36,725 bases of DNA, taken from a virus (Duplodnaviria > Caudoviricetes). The stretch is taken from IMG/VR virus record IMGVR_UViG_3300020248_000004, positions 1 through 36,725 of that record; one strand, written 5' to 3'. The notes beneath the pieces were generated by a model, which had not been told where the DNA came from, searched no databases, and saw nothing but the letters and a program-made list of their open reading frames with translations. Below, one piece after another: positions 34,787 through 36,725 of this stretch. The translations under genes and the position numbers were made by a program. Positions within the stretch are counted from its first letter, which is position 1, and every line of letters begins with the position of its first letter.

Positions 34787-36725
34787 TATATATGGTGCTG
34801 TCAACACATCTGTAATGTTATAGTCTCCCATATCTAGTGCTGCTGGTAACTTACTTGTATCACTTAGTTGTTGTGTTGTTTGGTGGTATAGATTATCTAG
34901 ATTGTTGTCGCTATAAATGTTAAAAAAACTTTGCTTTACACATTCAATAAACCTTTGAAGTTCACTAGCTGGACTGCCATAGCAATCATGTATTACACAA
35001 AAGTTTTTTAAGTCATGCTTACTAGCTTCTACTAAACTCATGTGACAATGTGCAGCATCAAGACTATGTATATAATTACTAGGAAAACCCTGTGCCTGTC
35101 TGCGTTTATCAACCTTAGTGGTATCTGGTTCAGCTAGACTAAGCCTGACACTTGAGTTACTTAGTTTAGTCTTCACTCTTTTAACATCATTCTTGTAGTA
35201 GTTCTGTTGAACAAGAAACCCTGATGGTGTATGCCAAGAGATAGGTTTATTCTCTTTGTTGAAACATAAAGCTGTAGTCTGCAAGTACTTCAATACCTCA
35301 TAACTTTCTGGGGTTACATACTTAACTGCCTGTTCAATCATGGTTGCCAAATAAAAATTATTCTTAAAATTTTTTGCGATAAAAACATTTTCATTTACAA
35401 AATATTTTTCTATGTAGTTTGCTATTCCAAATGTAGTTGAGTTATATGGAATCATAAGCACAGGTTTCTTTATAAACTTTCTTGTTAACTTATCTTTCTG
35501 TGCATACCAGATTGCAGCCTGTTCAGACTTGTCATACTTCAGTAGCATCAACAGAACATCAAGGATTTGTTTATATAAATCTTGCGGTTCATTAACATTT
35601 TGTAGGTTAACTTTGTTAGCTAAATGTTGATTAGATATAAGACCTGCTATATGTTGGTAACCATTATTCGTACCATCAAGACAGCAAACATGGTGAGATA
35701 TGAAACCTTTATTTAATCCATAGTCTTGAAACATAGCCCACTCTCTGCACCAAGCCAAGAATTGAAATGGCTCTTTTGCTTTACCCCATATATCAACATT
35801 ACCTATCGGGTCTTTATAAACTTCAAGAGCTAGATCAGTTCCTTCTATGTAAGCCCACTCTAATCTTTCCTCATAGGTATGTTTATTAAGACCCCAATGA
35901 TTAGCACCTGCTATGGCTAACCAATTTAAGTCTTGTTTAGTTTTTATCTCTGCACCTTCATGGAATATATGTAGCCCTCTTGCTATATCATTTCCTTGTG
36001 GGTGGAAGTGTGCAGTAAGTGGGTACATACGACCAGTAAAATCAAATTGATAAACGTGATAAAATTTTTCGCCAATATATCTTTTTGCTGTATCAATCAT
36101 TGATAGTATCTGATACCTCTTGACCATATTCTGATGGTTCATATCATGGATTAAACCAGCTAAATATTTCCATTCTTTTCTTGCTTCCTTATCAGTAGCA
36201 ATATTAATTGGTTTTGTTGGCAGTTCTGCAAGCTCCCTATCTATCAATGAACCAACCTCTATTCGTTCCTCCCAACAGTATTCAAGAGTTTCTAGTACAA
36301 ATTGATTTACACCCCAAGCTGTCTGACTCGCCAGAGTTAACGCTTTCAGACTTGTTGTTAAGTCTTCTCCTCGTAGTGTGTTTAGGTAGTCTTGATTAGA
36401 ACTCTTAATTGCTTTTGTTTTTAGTCTGTCTGTAAAGTAACCACCGCTATCTATTGAAGTCCACTCTCTTGGTACATCAAGACAAGGTAGGTAGATAGGA
36501 AAGGCAGCAATCCTATTTGACCTACCCTGCCTTATATATTTCATAAACCTATCAGTAAAGACAACATAACTTGTAGTTGCTTTGCCTACCTTCTTGTTTA
36601 TCATGTTGACCATATTTATTTTTATCATTATCAACTCAATCAACTTCAGCCCAACCTTAATTTTATTACCCCTTGTCCAAGTCTTAAACTCATGGCCTTT
36701 ACTGTTCATGTGATAGACCATAAGG
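34778..36725 (-). CDS. gp1: T7-like RNA polymerase, C-terminal part
   Basis: DxxGR (DFTGRMY), PQGND, motif A (LDGTNNGYQH), motif B (RKFIKKPVLMIPY), NYIHSLDA, motif C (IHDCYG). Confidence 0.97.
   Translation of the reverse strand, partial: LMVYHMNSKGHEFKTWTRGNKIKVGLKLIELIMIKINMVNMINKKVGKATTSYVVFTDRFMKYIRQGRSNRIAAFPIYLPCLDVPREWTSIDSGGYFTDRLKTKAIKSSNQDYLNTLRGEDLTTSLKALTLASQTAWGVNQFVLETLEYCWEERIEVGSLIDRELAELPTKPINIATDKEARKEWKYLAGLIHDMNHQNMVKRYQILSMIDTAKRYIGEKFYHVYQFDFTGRMYPLTAHFHPQGNDIARGLHIFHEGAEIKTKQDLNWLAIAGANHWGLNKHTYEERLEWAYIEGTDLALEVYKDPIGNVDIWGKAKEPFQFLAWCREWAMFQDYGLNKGFISHHVCCLDGTNNGYQHIAGLISNQHLANKVNLQNVNEPQDLYKQILDVLLMLLKYDKSEQAAIWYAQKDKLTRKFIKKPVLMIPYNSTTFGIANYIEKYFVNENVFIAKNFKNNFYLATMIEQAVKYVTPESYEVLKYLQTTALCFNKENKPISWHTPSGFLVQQNYYKNDVKRVKTKLSNSSVRLSLAEPDTTKVDKRRQAQGFPSNYIHSLDAAHCHMSLVEASKHDLKNFCVIHDCYGSPASELQRFIECVKQSFFNIYSDNNLDNLYHQTTQQLSDTSKLPAALDMGDYNITDVLTAPYIFT
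36627..36725. repeat. End overlap, copy 2
   Basis: Matches 1-99 with one mismatch. Confidence 0.95.

Noticed and set aside
121-36399. Other short plus-strand or nested ORFs in the track (e.g. 121-315, 5954-6139, 7564-7821, 21080-21490, 27002-27325)
   Set aside because: They overlap well-supported minus-strand genes and show no motifs or start signals.

Overview
The window is an apparently complete, circularly permuted genome (about 36.6 kb, with a 99-nt end overlap) of a T7-like podovirus most similar to marine picocyanobacterial phages. Almost all genes lie on the minus strand. In transcription order: early genes (ArdC-like protein, small ORFs, NrdR-like Zn ribbon, tyrosine integrase), single-subunit RNA polymerase (split across the window ends), SSB, endonuclease, primase/helicase, exonuclease, portal, scaffold, a cluster of tiny basic proteins, major capsid, tail tubes, internal virion proteins, three tail-fibre genes, an inverted three-gene membrane cassette, and terminase. 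I see no DNA polymerase, ribonucleotide reductase, photosynthesis genes or repressor, which fits the described DNA-polymerase-less cyanopodoviruses (MPP-C type). The most striking unexplained signal is a ~70-nt plus-strand, two-hairpin candidate small RNA at 31203-31275. It has its own extended -10 promoter, and both loops (GUGGUU) are complementary to a GAACCAC motif at the start codons of five early genes including the integrase, with a partial site at a sixth. This is a candidate trans-acting antisense switch for early-gene shut-off or lysogeny. All family assignments are from motif recognition and synteny, not database searches.
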